Source: Chiloscyllium plagiosum (Eukaryota). From it: a stretch of DNA of 64,000 nt. The stretch spans positions 58,278,647-58,342,646 of the forward strand of contig NC_057730.1 of assembly GCF_004010195.1 (NCBI RefSeq), in the 5' to 3' direction. How positions within the stretch are numbered: position 1 is the first letter of the stretch; each line of letters begins with the position of its first letter. Below the pieces are notes generated by a model. The model was not told the origin of the DNA and searched no databases. It saw nothing but the letters and a program-made list of their open reading frames with translations. The position numbers were made by a program, and so were the translations under genes. This document shows positions 35,535 to 47,906 of the stretch, piece by piece.

Positions 35535-37048
35535 TTGTGTACATGGCAAAGGGGTATCCATGGGTTCCAGTTATGCCTGCCTGTTAGGGTATATGGAACA
35601 GTCCATCTTCTGCAGCTACACCTGCACCATTCGATACCTTTTCCTCCGCTACATCGATCAATGTATCAGTGCCACCTTGTGCTCCAACAAAGAGGTTGAA
35701 CAGTTCATCAACTTGGCGAACATCTACCACCCTGACCTCGAGTTCACTTGGGCCATCTCGGACACCTCCCTCCCTTTTCTGGACCTCTCCATCTCCATTT
35801 CCAGTGACCGACTCAACACTGACATCCTACTTCAAATCCATTGACTCCCACAGCTTATCTGGACTACACTGCCTCCCACACCCTCTCCTGTGAAAACACT
35901 ATTCCTTACTCCAATTCCTCCACTTCCATCACATCAGCTCCCAGGAGGACCAGTTCCACCATAGAAAATCCCAGATGGCCTCCTCCTTAAAGGACCACAA
36001 TTTCCCCTGCCATGTGGACAATGTTGCCTTCCAGCACATCTCCACTTCCCACTTCTCTGCCCTTGAACCCCACCCCTCCAATCGCAACAAGGACAAAACC
36101 CCCTTGATCCCCACCTTCCAACCAATCATCCTCTGGATACAGTGCATCATCATTTGCCATTTCTGCCACGTGCAAACAGATCCAATCACCAGGGATATAT
36201 TTCCCTCCCACCCCTATCTGTGTTCAACAGAGATTATTCTCGTTAGGTCCATGCCCCCCCACCAGCTCAAACCCCATTCCCGACACCTTCCCCTGCCATT
36301 GCAGGAAGTGAAGTGTAAAACCTGCGCCTACCCCCTCCCAAACTCCATCCAAGGCCCCAAAGGGTCCTTCCACATCCGACAGAGATTTACTTGCATCTCC
36401 ACATATGTCATCTACTGTCCATTGCTCCCAATGTGGTCTCCTCTACCTTGGGAACTTGTGACTTGTGGAACATTTCGGAGAACATCTCTGAGACACATGC
36501 ACTGAACAACCCCGCTGTCCTGTGGCTGACCACTTCACTTCAACTGCCCCTCCCACTCCACCAAGTACGTGCAAGTTATGGGCCACCTCCACTGCCAGAT
36601 TCTAGCCAACCGACAACTAGAGGAATAACACCTCGTTTTCCGCCTTGGGGCTCTCCAACCACAACGGATCAGTGTGGATTTCACCACATTCCTCATCTCC
36701 TCTCCCCCCATCTTATTTCAGATCCAACCCTCCAACTCAGCACCGCCCTCTTGAACTGTCCTACCTGTCCATCATCTTTCCCACCTATCTGTTCCACCCT
36801 CCTCTCCAACTGATTACCATCACCCCCCCACCCCAACCTCCATCTACCTATTGCATTTCCAGCTACCTCCCCTCCCCCACCGCGCCGCTTCCCATTTATC
36901 TCTCAGCCCTCTCCCACATTCCTGATGAAGAACTTATGCTTGAAATGTCAACTGTCCTGCTCCTCGGGTGCTGCCTGATCGGCTATGCTTTTCCAGCGCC
37001 ATACTTTTTGATTCTGATCTCCAGCATCTGCAGTCTTCACTTTCTCTC
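35535..37048 (+). mobile_element. Penelope-like family A, long copy (RT, GIY-YIG, terminal repeat with hammerhead), inserted in a - strand CR1 (~35205-37286)
   Basis: MGSSYACLLGYMEQ..FLRYIDQ..LPFLDLSI (PLE RT); TYVIYC (GIY-YIG region); CTGATGA..GAAATGTC at ~36921; family A terminus. Confidence 0.9.
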
Positions 37049-37606
37049 AGCATTCTGTAAGTTTCAATCAGATCCCCCCCATCGACCCTCTAAAACTCCA
37101 TAGTATAGAACCAAAGTCCTCAACCGCTCCTCATATGACAAGCCTTACATCCTCCAGATCATTCTTATAAACATCCTCTGAGACCAATACATCCTTCCTA
37201 GATAAGGGGCCTGAAACTGCTCACAATATTCCAAATGTGGTCTGACAAGAACCTTATACAGGCTCAGCCGTACATCATTACACTTGTAGGAGAAAGTGAG
37301 GACTGCAGATGCTGGAGATCAGCGTCAAGAGTGTAGTGCTGGAAAAGCACAGCAGGTCAGGCAACATTAGAGGATCAGGAGCATTGACATTTCGAGCAAA
37401 AGCCCTTAATCAGGAATGAGGCTGGGAGCCTCAGGGGTGGAGAGGTAAATGGCAGGGGAATGGGGCTGGGGGGAAGGTAGCTGAGTGTGCAATAGGTGGA
37501 TGGAGATGGGGGTAAAGTGATAGGTTGAAGGGTAGGGTGGAGTGGGTCGGTGGGAAGGAAGATGGACAAGTCATGGGGGTGGTGCTGAGCTGGAAGGTTG
37601 GAACTG

Positions 37607-38627
37607 TTCAAAGTTTGTGCGAAGATTTGTAGCTCGGGTGCTCGTTGTTGTGGTTCTGTTCGCCGAGCTGGAAGTTTTTGTTGCAAACGTTTCGTCCCCT
37701 GGCTAGGCGACATCATCAGTGCTTGGGAGCCTCCTGCGAAGCGCTTCTTTGACCTAGCAGCACTAGAATGCACACTCAGGAACAATGGACTGACAGAAGA
37801 GACACAACAAACAGTGAGACAAACTGTCGTACCTATGATAATAAGGAAAAGACAAACACATAACCTCAACACCAAGGAGAGGGAAGCACTGAAATCACTA
37901 AGAAACGATAAGAACATAATCATACTACCAGCAGATAAAGGCAGAATGACGGTCATCCTAGATAAATGTTGATGGAGTTTGTGGATGAATGCCATGCCTC
38001 TAGGAATTCCCTGGCTGTTCTCTGTCTGGCTTGCCCTATGATAGTAGTGTTGTCCCAGTCGAATTCATGTTGCTTGTTGTCTGCGTGTGTGGCTACTAAG
38101 GATAGCTGGTCATGTCATTTCGTGGCTAGTTGATGTTCATGTATGCGGATTGTTAGCTGTCTTCCTGTTTGTCCTATATAGTGTTTATACTGCACAAAAC
38201 TCTATATAGGACAAACAGGAAGACAGCTAACAATCCACATCCATGAACATCAACTAGCCACGAAACGACACGACCAGCTATCCTTAGTAGCCACACACGC
38301 AGACAACAAGCAACATGAATTCGACTGGGACAACACTACTATCATAGGGCAAGCCAGATAGAGAACAGCCAGGGAATTCCTAGAGGCATGGCATTCGTCC
38401 ACAAACTCCATCAGCAAACACATCGACCTGGACCCTATATACCAACCACTACAGCGAACAGCTGAAACTGATAACCGGAAGCGGCAGGGACAGACCACTA
38501 TAAACACCGGAGGAAACATCAAAGAAGCGCTTCGCAGAAGGCTCCCAAGCAATGATGATGTCGCCTAGCCAGGGGACGAAACGTTTGCAACAAAAACTTC
38601 CAGCTCAGCGAACAGAACCACAACAAC
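37607..38627. mobile_element. Penelope-like family B, rearranged fold-back copy
   Basis: Inverted termini; internal KEREALKSLRNDKNIIILPADKGRMTVILDK (PLE ADKG motif) and inverted GIY-YIG segments (YIGQTGRQLTIHIHEH). Confidence 0.9.
37683..37722 (-). ncRNA. Minimal hammerhead ribozyme motif (PLE family B), intact core
   Basis: GCA-CTGATGA-T-GTCGCCT-AGCC-AGGGGAC-GAAA-CG-TT-TGC. Confidence 0.75.
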
Positions 38628-39255
38628 CTTTTAAATGTTGTAATTGTACCAGCCTCCACCGGGGGGGAAATGAGGAAAATGCTGAAATCCACATTGATGC
38701 CCTGAAGTTCAAGGGTCCTGAGGTGGAAGATGTGTTCTTCCTCCAGGTGTCTGGTGGTGAGGGAGCGGCGATGGAGGAGGCCCAGGACATGCATGTCCTT
38801 TGCAGAGGGGGAGTTGAAGTGTTCAACCATGTGGTGGTGAGGTTGGTTGGTGCGGGTGTCCCGGAGATGTTCTCTGAAATGCTCTTGTGAGTAGGTGTCC
38901 TATCTCCCTAACATAGAGGAGACAGCACCGGGAGCAATGGATACAGTGAATGACGTGTGGAAGGCTAGGTGAAACTTTGCATGTGGAAGGCTCCTTTAGG
39001 ACCTTGGACTTGGGGGAGATGCGGGCGCAGGTTTTTGCAATTCCTGCAGTGGCAGGGGAAGGTGCTGGGAGGTCTGGGTGGGTTGGTGGGGGGGGGCGTT
39101 GACCTGACTAGGTTGTTGTGGAGGGCACGGTCTCTACAGAAAGCGGGGAGAGAAATATATCTCTGATGGTGGGGTCCGTTTGTAGGTGGCAGAGGATGTT
39201 GCAATGTATGTAGAGGTTGGTGGGTGGAAGGTGAATACCAGGAGGGTACTGTCCA

Positions 39256-39925
39256 TCATTATCCTTGTACTCTAGCCCTGTTGAAATTAATACTAACATT
39301 GCATTTGCCTTCCTAACTGCCAACTGAACCTGCATGTTAACCTTGAGAGAATCCTCAACAAGGATTCCCAAGTCCCTTTGTGTTTTAGATTCTGAAGCCT
39401 TTCCCCATTTAGAAAATAGTCTGTGCCCCTCTTCTTCCTCCTAAAGCACGCAACCTCACACTTTCCCACATTGTAATCCACTTGCCATTTCTTAGCCCAC
39501 TCTTCTCATTTGTCTAAGTCCTCCTGCAGCCTCCCTGTTTCCTCAACATTACCTGTTCCTCCACCAATCTTTGTCGTTTGCAATCTTAATAGCAATGTCC
39601 TCAGTTCTTTTGGCCTGTTCATTAATGTATAATGCAAATAATTGTGGTCCTAGCACTGATTCCTGAGAAACTGCGCCAGTCACTGGTTGACATCCTGAAA
39701 AAGACCCTTTTATCCCCTCTTTCTGCCAATCAGCCAGTCCTCTATCCATTGCCAGTACCTTGCCCCTCTCACTATGGGCTATATGTTAGTAGGCAGCCTT
39801 CTGCACGACACCTTGTCTGAAGCCTTTTTGAAATCCACACAGATTACCTCCACAGGCTCTCATTTGTCTAACTTGCTCATTACCACCTCAAATAAGTCGA
39901 ACAGGTTTATCAGGTAAGAGCGCCC
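39256..39925 (-). mobile_element. CR1 RT fragment
   Basis: SVLGPQLFALYIN; QVQLAVRKANAML. Confidence 0.82.
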
Positions 39926-39959
39926 CCTCCCCCGCACTTCAGGATTTGAGTCTAGTTGA

Positions 39960-40315
39960 ATTTGAGACTAATTCTCAAAATGCTTCTGAGAAGGCATTAA
40001 TGAGGCTTGAAGATTGTCGTTGCCGCTCTCTCAGAAACATTGTCATTTGCATGAAGAAGCTTCTGTTGCGGTTGTTGGTGTTTACTACTTGAAAAGTTTT
40101 CTGTCCGTCCCGTAGACAATGTCTGCATCGCTGAGAAGCTTCTTCTTGACAAGATAAAGAATGGTGATGATAAAGAGAGCGAAAGAGCTGAGGGTGATGA
40201 CACATCCCTGCTTCACTCCTGATTTGACCTCCAAGGATTCTGTCATGTTATCATTGAAGACTGTTGGCAACATTTTGTTAAGGCAATCCTTTGACAGGAT
40301 CTTCCATAATCTCAC
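39960..40315 (-). mobile_element. RTE-clade LINE RT fragment
   Basis: VKSGVKQGCVI....F..F..IVYGTDRKLF, typical of RTE RT. Confidence 0.75.
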
Positions 40316-40321
40316 AAGAAA

Positions 40322-40705
40322 GGAATTGAATTGAATGAGCTTTTATTGTCATGTGTACTCAGATGAGTACAGTGAAAAGTTTACAGTTATTACATTATAG
40401 TGCCATCTTGCGTACAAAGATACCTCACTTATGGATATGAGAGGTCACAGTTTTAGGAAACAACAGTTAGAAAAGTCAAGAAATAAATAGTCCAGCATTG
40501 TGGGTCTTGGCAATACGTTAGAAAAATGAAGAAGTGAAAAGTTCAGAATATTGGTCTTTCCGATCCAGTACATGCGGCACTGGCCTCTGGGGCGACCTCC
40601 ACCTGTGCTGCTGCCTGTGCCGGACCCACCAAAGTAGGATTTGTCGCATTTTCTCGGTGCCAACTCTTCACTGCTGGGCCCATTTCACTGACACTGCTGA
40701 ATGCA
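40322..40705 (-). repeat. Unclassified SINE-like repeat; second copy at ~54515-54890
   Basis: Both copies share TTTTATTGTCA..TGTA..GAGTA..GTGAAAAGTTT..CATCTT..GTACAA and begin with a GAATT-like tail. Confidence 0.55.
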
Positions 40706-40709
40706 CACT

Positions 40710-42520
40710 TGTCTCACAAACCTTAGAGTTCTTTGAGATGGTGACCAAACAGGTGGATGAGGGTAAATCAGTTGATGTAATGTACATGGTTTTCCGTAAG
40801 GTGTTTCAAATGTTCCCCACAATAGGCTATTCCAGCAAAAACTGAGGCATGGGATTGAGGGTGATTTAGCAGTTTGGATCAGAATTTGTTTTTTATTCAC
40901 TTGTGGGACTATAGTGTCACTGGCTGGCTAGCATTGATAGCCCATCCCTATTTGCCCTTGAGAAGGTGGTGATGAGCTGCCTTATTGAATTGCTGCAGTC
41001 CACCTGCTGTGGTTGACCCACAATGCCCTTAGGGAGGGAATTCCAGGATTTTGACCAGCGACACTGAAGGAACGGTGGTATATTTCTAAGTCAGGGTGGT
41101 GAGTGGCTTGGAGGGGAACTTGCAGGTCGTGGTGTTCCCATGTATCTGCTGACCTCCTTCCTTCTAGATGGAAGTGGTCATGGGTTTGGAAGGTGCTGTC
41201 TAAGGATCTTTGGTGAATTTCTGCATCTTGTAGATGCTGCTGCTACTGAGTGTTGGTGGTGAAGGGAATGGATATGATGCCAATCAAGTGGGTTGCATTG
41301 TCCTGGATGGTGTCCAGCTTCTTGTGTTGTTGGAGCTGCACTCATCCAGGCAAGTGGGGAGTATTCCATCACACTCCTGACTTGTACCTTGTAGATGGTG
41401 GATAGACTTTGGGGTGTCAGGCGGTGAATTACTCGCCACAGTATCCCTAGTCTCTGACCTGCTCTTGTAGCCACTGTGTTTGTGTCGTGAGTCCAGTGGA
41501 GTTTCTGGTTACTGTTAACCCTAAAGATGTTGACAGTGGGGGATTCAATGATGGTAATACCGTTAGAATGTCATGGGGTGGTGGTTAGTGTCTCATTGTT
41601 GATGGTCATTGTCTGGCATTTGTGGTGTGAATGTTACTTGCCATTTGTCAGCCCAAGCCTGGATATTGCAGATCTTGTTGCATTTGACCACTGTTTCAGT
41701 AGCTAAGGAGTCACGAATGGTGCTGAACACTATCATCGGCAAACCTCCCCACTTCAGACCTTATGACCGAGGAACGGTCGTTGATGTAGCAGCTGAAGAT
41801 GGTTGGGTCGAGGATCCTACCCTGAGGAACTCCTGCAGAGATGTCCTGGAGCCAGCTGTAAGAAGACAGGGGGTTGTGGTTGATGGGAAATGTAACTGAA
41901 CTCCAGGATGAATTAGTGGTTTACCACAAGGATCTGTTTTGGGGCCACTGCTCTTTGGCATTTTCATAAATGACCTGGATGACAGCATAGAAGTATGGGT
42001 TAGTAAATTTGCGGATCACACTAAGGTCGGTGGAGTTCTGGACAGTGCAGAAGGGTGTCTCTGGTTACAGAGGACATAAATAAGCTGCAGAGCTGGGCTG
42101 AGAGGTGGCAAATGGAGTTTAATGTGGAAACGTGTGAGGTTATTCACTTTGAAAGGAGCAACAGGAATGCAGAGTACTGGGCTAATAGTAAGATTCTTGG
42201 TGGTGTGGATGAGCACAGAGATCTCGGTGTCCATGTGCATAGGTCTCTGAAAGTTGTCACCCAGGTTGATAGGGTTGTTAAGAAGGTCTACGATGTGTTA
42301 GCTTTTATTGGGAGAGGGATTGGGTTTCGGAGCCATGAGGTCATGTTGCAGCTGTACAAAACTCTGGTGGAACCGCACTTGGAATATTGCGTACAGTTCT
42401 GGTCGCCGCGTAATAGGAGGGATGTGAAAGTTTTGGAAAGGATGTTGCCTGGTATGGAGGGAAGGTCTTACAAGCAAAGACTGAGGGACTTGAGGCTGTT
42501 TTCATTAGTGAAGAAGGTCA
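40710..42520 (+). mobile_element. CR1 RT/3' part interrupted by another LINE
   Basis: EFFEMVTKQVDEG; KLQSWAERWQMEFNV..YKTLVEPHLEYCVQFWSP. Confidence 0.88.
40888..41850 (-). mobile_element. LINE (CR1/L2-group) 3' part whose tail is shared with the SacSINE1-like SINEs
   Basis: ATRAGQRLGILWRV..LSTIYKVQVRSVMEYSPLAW; tail GGGATGGGC..CAATGCTAGCCAGCCAGTGACAC. Confidence 0.82.
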
Positions 42521-42829
42521 AGAGATGGCTCAGAGGATTAGGTGGGATGGATAGTGAGGAGGTGTTATTGGATCTGCTTTCTGTTCTTAACGTGAATGAA
42601 GTAGCAAGCCTAGAAGTGGTAAGTGCCAAGGCAATGCCTGTAATCTTTCAGTCTTGTTATCTAATATTAATACCCTGTCCTCTCTCCCTACCACTCCCTT
42701 TTATTAAGTCTCTTCCTTTTTAACTATGTGTAGAAGCTCTTGCTGTTTTCACATTTCTAATTATCATGATTTTCATACTCCAGTTTCTTAATTTTCATCA
42801 AGTTTGGTTTTTTTTTCCCCAACTTCTTT

Positions 42830-45660
42830 ACTTAAGGAGAGAATAACTGCAGAATTCCCAGGTGCTTTCAGATCAAGGTGTTTCATTCAAGTCGTAAAGT
42901 TAGTACAGAGGTACAGAGAGTAAAAAGGCTCATATAATGCTAGCCTTTGTTAGGAGAGGAACGTGAAAGCAAGGCTGTTATACATTGAGATAGGTCTCAC
43001 TAATGCTGAATATTGTTGACTGTTTTGGAATCCTTAATTGAGGGAGGATGTAAAGTGTTGACAGTTCAGAGGAAATTTCCTTGATTACCTGGAATTAGTG
43101 CATTGTCTTGCAAAGGAAGGTTGGATAGACAGAGCTTGTAAACAATAGTATAAAAAGAGCAAGGAGTATCTTGATTTGGAGTATATAAGATCCTGAATGA
43201 TGTTGACAAGGTGGAACTGTTAAGAATGTTTTCTTCTGGATCAGACCAGAACTAAAGTGCACAGTTTTAAAATCGGAGATCGTCATTTTAGGGCAGAGAG
43301 GAGGAGGAATCTTTTTCTCTCGTACGACTTTGAACCTCTGTCTTAGATGCTCGAGAGTGGGCATATTGAGAATTTTTAATGTACAAGTGGATTGATTCTT
43401 TAAAGAATTATGGATGCTAGGCAGTTGAAACAATGAGTGCTGGAGAAGCTTTGCAGGTCTGGCAGCATTTGTAGAGAGAGAAATGGAACATTGAGTCCAT
43501 TGACCTGTCAGAATAATCCAAAACTGTAAAGGGTCACTGGACTCAAAATATTCACTTTATTTCTCTTTTAGTTTTATTAGTAGATTCAGGATTGGTGCCA
43601 GAACAATGGGGGTTTGTAAACAACATGCTTGTTCCAAAAAAAAGTTTAAGAAACGAGCAATGCTGGTTGGAATGTGGGACCTCTGCCCTTCAATAGAAAG
43701 AAGCCCCATCCTCTGGAACTACCTGGTATTCTGTCTGGCAGTGGCAAGAGCTTGAATGTGCACTGTGGCTTTGAGGGAGGACAGTGGATGAGTGAGGTGG
43801 GTCCATGGTACTGTTTGGGAAGGATTTGGCCAGATTAGGGTGGAGGGTGATATGGTTAGGTTTTTTTACAGTAGGCAGGTAGGAAGCAAATGGTGGTTTT
43901 ATCACTGAAGGGTGTGTGATACTATTATACTGGTGTGACACCCTTGAGAGTAAGCCTCTTGCCCACTCCTGTGAAGCTTTAAAACAAAACAGGCTGCCCG
44001 TGCCAAATGTATTATAGTGTAGGTAGTATATAGACCAGCCATTTGGCTTTATAACAAGATCAAGTGACCATTATTTATTTAAATACATCAGACGACTGCA
44101 GATTTCAGAGCCCATGTGAGGGTTATGCTGCTGGTATGGTGTACATGAATTCCAAAAGAACTTGATATAGCACAACTGACGCATGAACAAAATTAGAACT
44201 CATGGTGTAAAAGGGCATTAGCAACATTGATACAAGATTGACTGACCAGCTGTGAAGTCATGGTTCGTTAATGTTCTTGAACTGCAGAAAGTTGTTGCCC
44301 CTAGGGTTAGATTTGGGGCACTTGTATTTCCTGATTCATTTTTATATTAATGAGCTAGACCTTGGTTTACAGGGTGCCATTTCAAAGCTTATGAACAATA
44401 GAAGACTTACAGTATTTGTGAACTTTCGAGGCAAGTACAGTAGAGCTTCAAAATAAAAGACATTCATTCATAGAATATACAGACAAGGAGCAGATGAATT
44501 TTAATGCAAAGAACTGTGAATTGATTTATAGCTGCAGGAAGATTGAGATGAGTTAACTGTTTAATTTGCAAAGAAGTGTATCAGCTGAAGGGGGAAAAAA
44601 AGCTCTTCACACAGTGGTCCGTGTTTGGAATGTACCACCTGGAAGCTTGGTGGAAGCACGTTTTAATTAAGGCATTTGAGAGCATTGTTTATTTGTACTT
44701 AAGTAATCTTTCAATGTGCTGCTTTATAGAGAAAGCAGGAAAACAGCACCAAGTCCAAATGATGAGGATGGGCTGAATGGCCTCTTTCTGCCCCATAGCA
44801 GTTCTACCATTCTGGGCACAATTCTCAAAGGGCTGTAGGAGTAGAAGGACCTGGTGTGTAGATTCTGCAAATTTGAAAAGTTAAAAATGGCACTGTTCAG
44901 GTAGCGTCTGTGAATTGAAATCATTGACTTTTCAGATCAATGACCTTTTCAGGTCCCTGAATTAGAATTCTATTTGAAATATTATTGACCTACCTGAATT
45001 ATTAACTCTGCTTCTTTCAGGCAGGTATTGCAGGACGTGGAAGTATACATGCAAAAAATATGCAAGTTGAGGGAGTATTTAACAAAATGTGCAGAATTTT
45101 GGGCTTTATCAATAGATCTCGACTACAAAACAGTTATTTTTTAAAAAAAAAAGCTGGTTCAGCTTCAACTGGAGTGTTGTTTTCAGTTCTGAGTGCATTA
45201 TGTTAGGAAGATGTGAACGAATTAAAGAAGGCATTGGTTCCAGTCATGTGAGAATTTCACTTCTGCAGAGAATACAGAAATTAAGGTTGCTTTCCTTAAA
45301 AGAAAATAGATGATTGAGATGAGATTTGATATGGTAGAGGTGTTCAAACCATGAGTCTAGACAGTAGATAGGGAGAACTATGATGGGAAGGATTGAGATC
45401 AGAAGGGCATAGTTTAAAGATAATTGGCAAAGGGAGCATGGTTTTTTTTATTGGAAAACCTTTAGTTGGAATATACTGTCTGAGAATGTGGTAGCACCAG
45501 ATTCAATTGTGTATTCAAGTTAGAATGGAGGCACTTTCTGGAAAATGCGAATGTGCAACCTACATGGAGAAGAGGAGAATGGCAGTGGGTGCTTTGTTCA
45601 TTTAAAGAGCCAGTGCAGATACAGTGGCCGCCTTCTGTACTGTGACAAATCAATGATTCT
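42830..45660 (+). mobile_element. Several very old CR1-like fragments
   Basis: Degenerate RT and 3' UTR segments (e.g. FYINELDLGLQGAISK); boundaries approximate. Confidence 0.55.
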
Positions 45661-45706
45661 ATAGTCTAGTTGTATAAATTTAATTCTTGGCTATATTTGA
45701 TCATAG

Positions 45707-45783
45707 GTAAAGCCACAAGTCCTGGATCTGCTGTTTCAGAAAAAGTGAGGACTCGTTTAGAAGAGTTGGATGACCTGGAGGAG
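45707..45783 (+). CDS. VPS35L: VPS35L exon 6 (G-KATSPGSAVSEKVRTRLEELDDLEE)
   Basis: tag| acceptor, GAG|gtaaat donor; phase fits exon 5; human recalled as SEKVRTRLEELDDFEE. Confidence 0.96.
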
Positions 45784-46234
45784 GTAAATGTGAATTTTCT
45801 CAAAGAATTTGCCTGTCGGACGAGGGAAGGGGGGGGGGTAAAGACTGTTAACTAGTGTAATTTAATTAATTGAATAGAAATAGTGTTGAAGACTAGAAGT
45901 TGACTCGAATAATCTGGCTGCAGGTTGCATAATTCCACTTTTGAAATTAATTGCCATTTTTTCTGAAGAACATTTTACTTTACCATTTTTCTTGGATTAC
46001 TGAAGTTCTGGGATATGAGACTACGAATGGAGCACAAGATGGGCCAGAAACACACAATAATGCTGCGGGATGCTGGAAATGTAAAACGAAAACAGAAATT
46101 ACTGGAAAAACTCAGCAGGTTGTGGAGAAAGAAATAGTGAATGTTTTGGGTCTGAAGTCTGATGAACCTGAACGTTGATTCTGACTCGACTTCCTCTCCA
46201 GATGCTGCCTGATCTGCTGACTTTCTCCATCGAT

Positions 46235-47175
46235 TTATTGTGTGCAATTTTGGTCGCCATACTATAGGAAGGATGTGGAGGCACTGGAACAGGTGCAGAG
46301 GAGGTTTACCAGGATGTTGCCTGGTATGGTAGAAAGATCGTATGAGGAAAGGCTGAGGCACTTGGGGTTGTTTTCATTGGAGAAAAGAAGGTTTAGGGGT
46401 GACTTGATAGAGGTGTATAAGATGATTAGGGGTTTAGATAGGGTCGACAGTGAGAATCTTTTACCTCGTATGGAGTCAGCTATTACAAGGTGGCATAGCT
46501 TTAAATTAAGGGGGGTAGGTATAGGACAGATATTCGGGGTAGGTTCTTTACTCAGCGAGCCGTGAGTTCATGGAATGCCCTGCCAATAGCAGTGGTGGAC
46601 TCTCCCTCATTATGAGCATTTAAGCGGGCATTGGATAGGCATATGGAGAATAGTGGGCTAGTGTAGGTTAGGTGGGCTTGGATCAGCGCAACNNNNNNNN
46701 NNNNNNNNNNNNNNNNNNNNNNNNNNNNNNNNNNNNNNNNNNNNNNNNNNNNNNNNNNNNNNNNNNNNNNNNNNNNNNNNAGGAGAGGCTGAGGCACTTG
46801 GGGTTGTTTTCATTGGAGAAAAGAAGGTTTAGGGGTGACTTGATAGAGGTGTACAAGATGATTAGGGGTTTAGATAGGGTCGACAGTGAGAATCTTTTTC
46901 CACGTATGGAGTCGGGTATTACAAGGGGGCATAGCTTTAAATTAAGGGGTGGTAGGTATAGGACAGATGTTAGGGGTAGGTTCTTTACTCAGCGAGTCGT
47001 GAGTTCATGGAATGCCCTGCCAGTAGCAGTGGTGGACTCTCCCTCATTATGGGCATTTAAGCGGGCATTGGATAGGCATATGGAGGATAGTGGGCTAGTG
47101 TAGTTTAGGTGGGCTTAGATCGGTGCAACATCGAGGGCCGAAGGGCCTGTACTGCACTGTATTCTTCTATGTTCT
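46235..47175 (+). mobile_element. Young CR1 3' end appearing twice either side of a gap
   Basis: ERLRHLGLFSLEKRRFRGDLIEVYKMIRG at both ~46345 and ~46785. Confidence 0.9.
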
Positions 47176-47906
47176 GTTGAAGAGAGCAGTTGTGGTTGAG
47201 CATACTGTATTTTCATTAAAACATTGTGCAAGTAAACTAATTAATATAACTCAACATTGAGGAATTTGCCATCTCGTATCATTAAAAGGGTCATAAATTG
47301 AGCATCCGTTCAGGAAAGATGTTAGGAAACATCCCTACACTGAGCGGTCGGGGTTTGGAACTCTCTTAGGCAAATGGCAGCGGATACTGGATCAGTTCGT
47401 TTTAAATCTGAGATTGATGAACAAAAATTAATTAAAGGTATTAAGGGATATGGGTCAAAGGCAGGAATATAGATTTTAGACAATATCAGCCATCTCTCAA
47501 TGGTGCAACAGGCTTGAGGAGGCTGAATGGTCTACTCCTATTCCTGTGTTCCTATAAATATTTACATAATCTATTTAACATCAGGAAAGGAACCCAACTA
47601 TGTTTTAGGAATGAAAAATGCTTACAAGTTTTAGGTACTTTGAAGTTTTCATCATCAGGTGTCCTGCCCAAAGGCAGGTTCTTGGCTCATAGACTTCTCC
47701 ATACCACTTTATGCTCTGCCAGTCTCTTAATTTTCCTGTGTCTTCCTTCAATTTTTGAGTTGTCCAGCATTGATCTTTTTCTTCCTTATGTTTTCTTTCC
47801 TTGCAGCCTTCCCTTAATAATGCCTATTGCTGGTTGTTTCTCCCTAAGATACACTTGTCCAGTTGCTGCTGCTTCATTCTTTTTATTATTTGTTTATGAG
47901 AAATGA

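Larger units (their letters stand above)
37288..39255 (-). mobile_element. Penelope-like family A copy interrupted by family B
   Basis: Reverse complement of ~36100-37048; VEHFNSP..KDMHVLGLLHRRSLTTR.LEEE. Confidence 0.88.

Noticed and set aside
45738-45754. VPS35L exon 6 sequence AAAGTGAGGACT resembling the PLE-A terminus (exonised TE?)
   Set aside because: Only ~12 bp, and it encodes EKVRT, which I recall is conserved in human VPS35L; coincidence
46235-47175. Tandem duplication of a CR1 3' end
   Set aside because: The two copies flank an N gap, so this is likely an assembly/gap-filling artefact in a young repeat; cannot be claimed without reads
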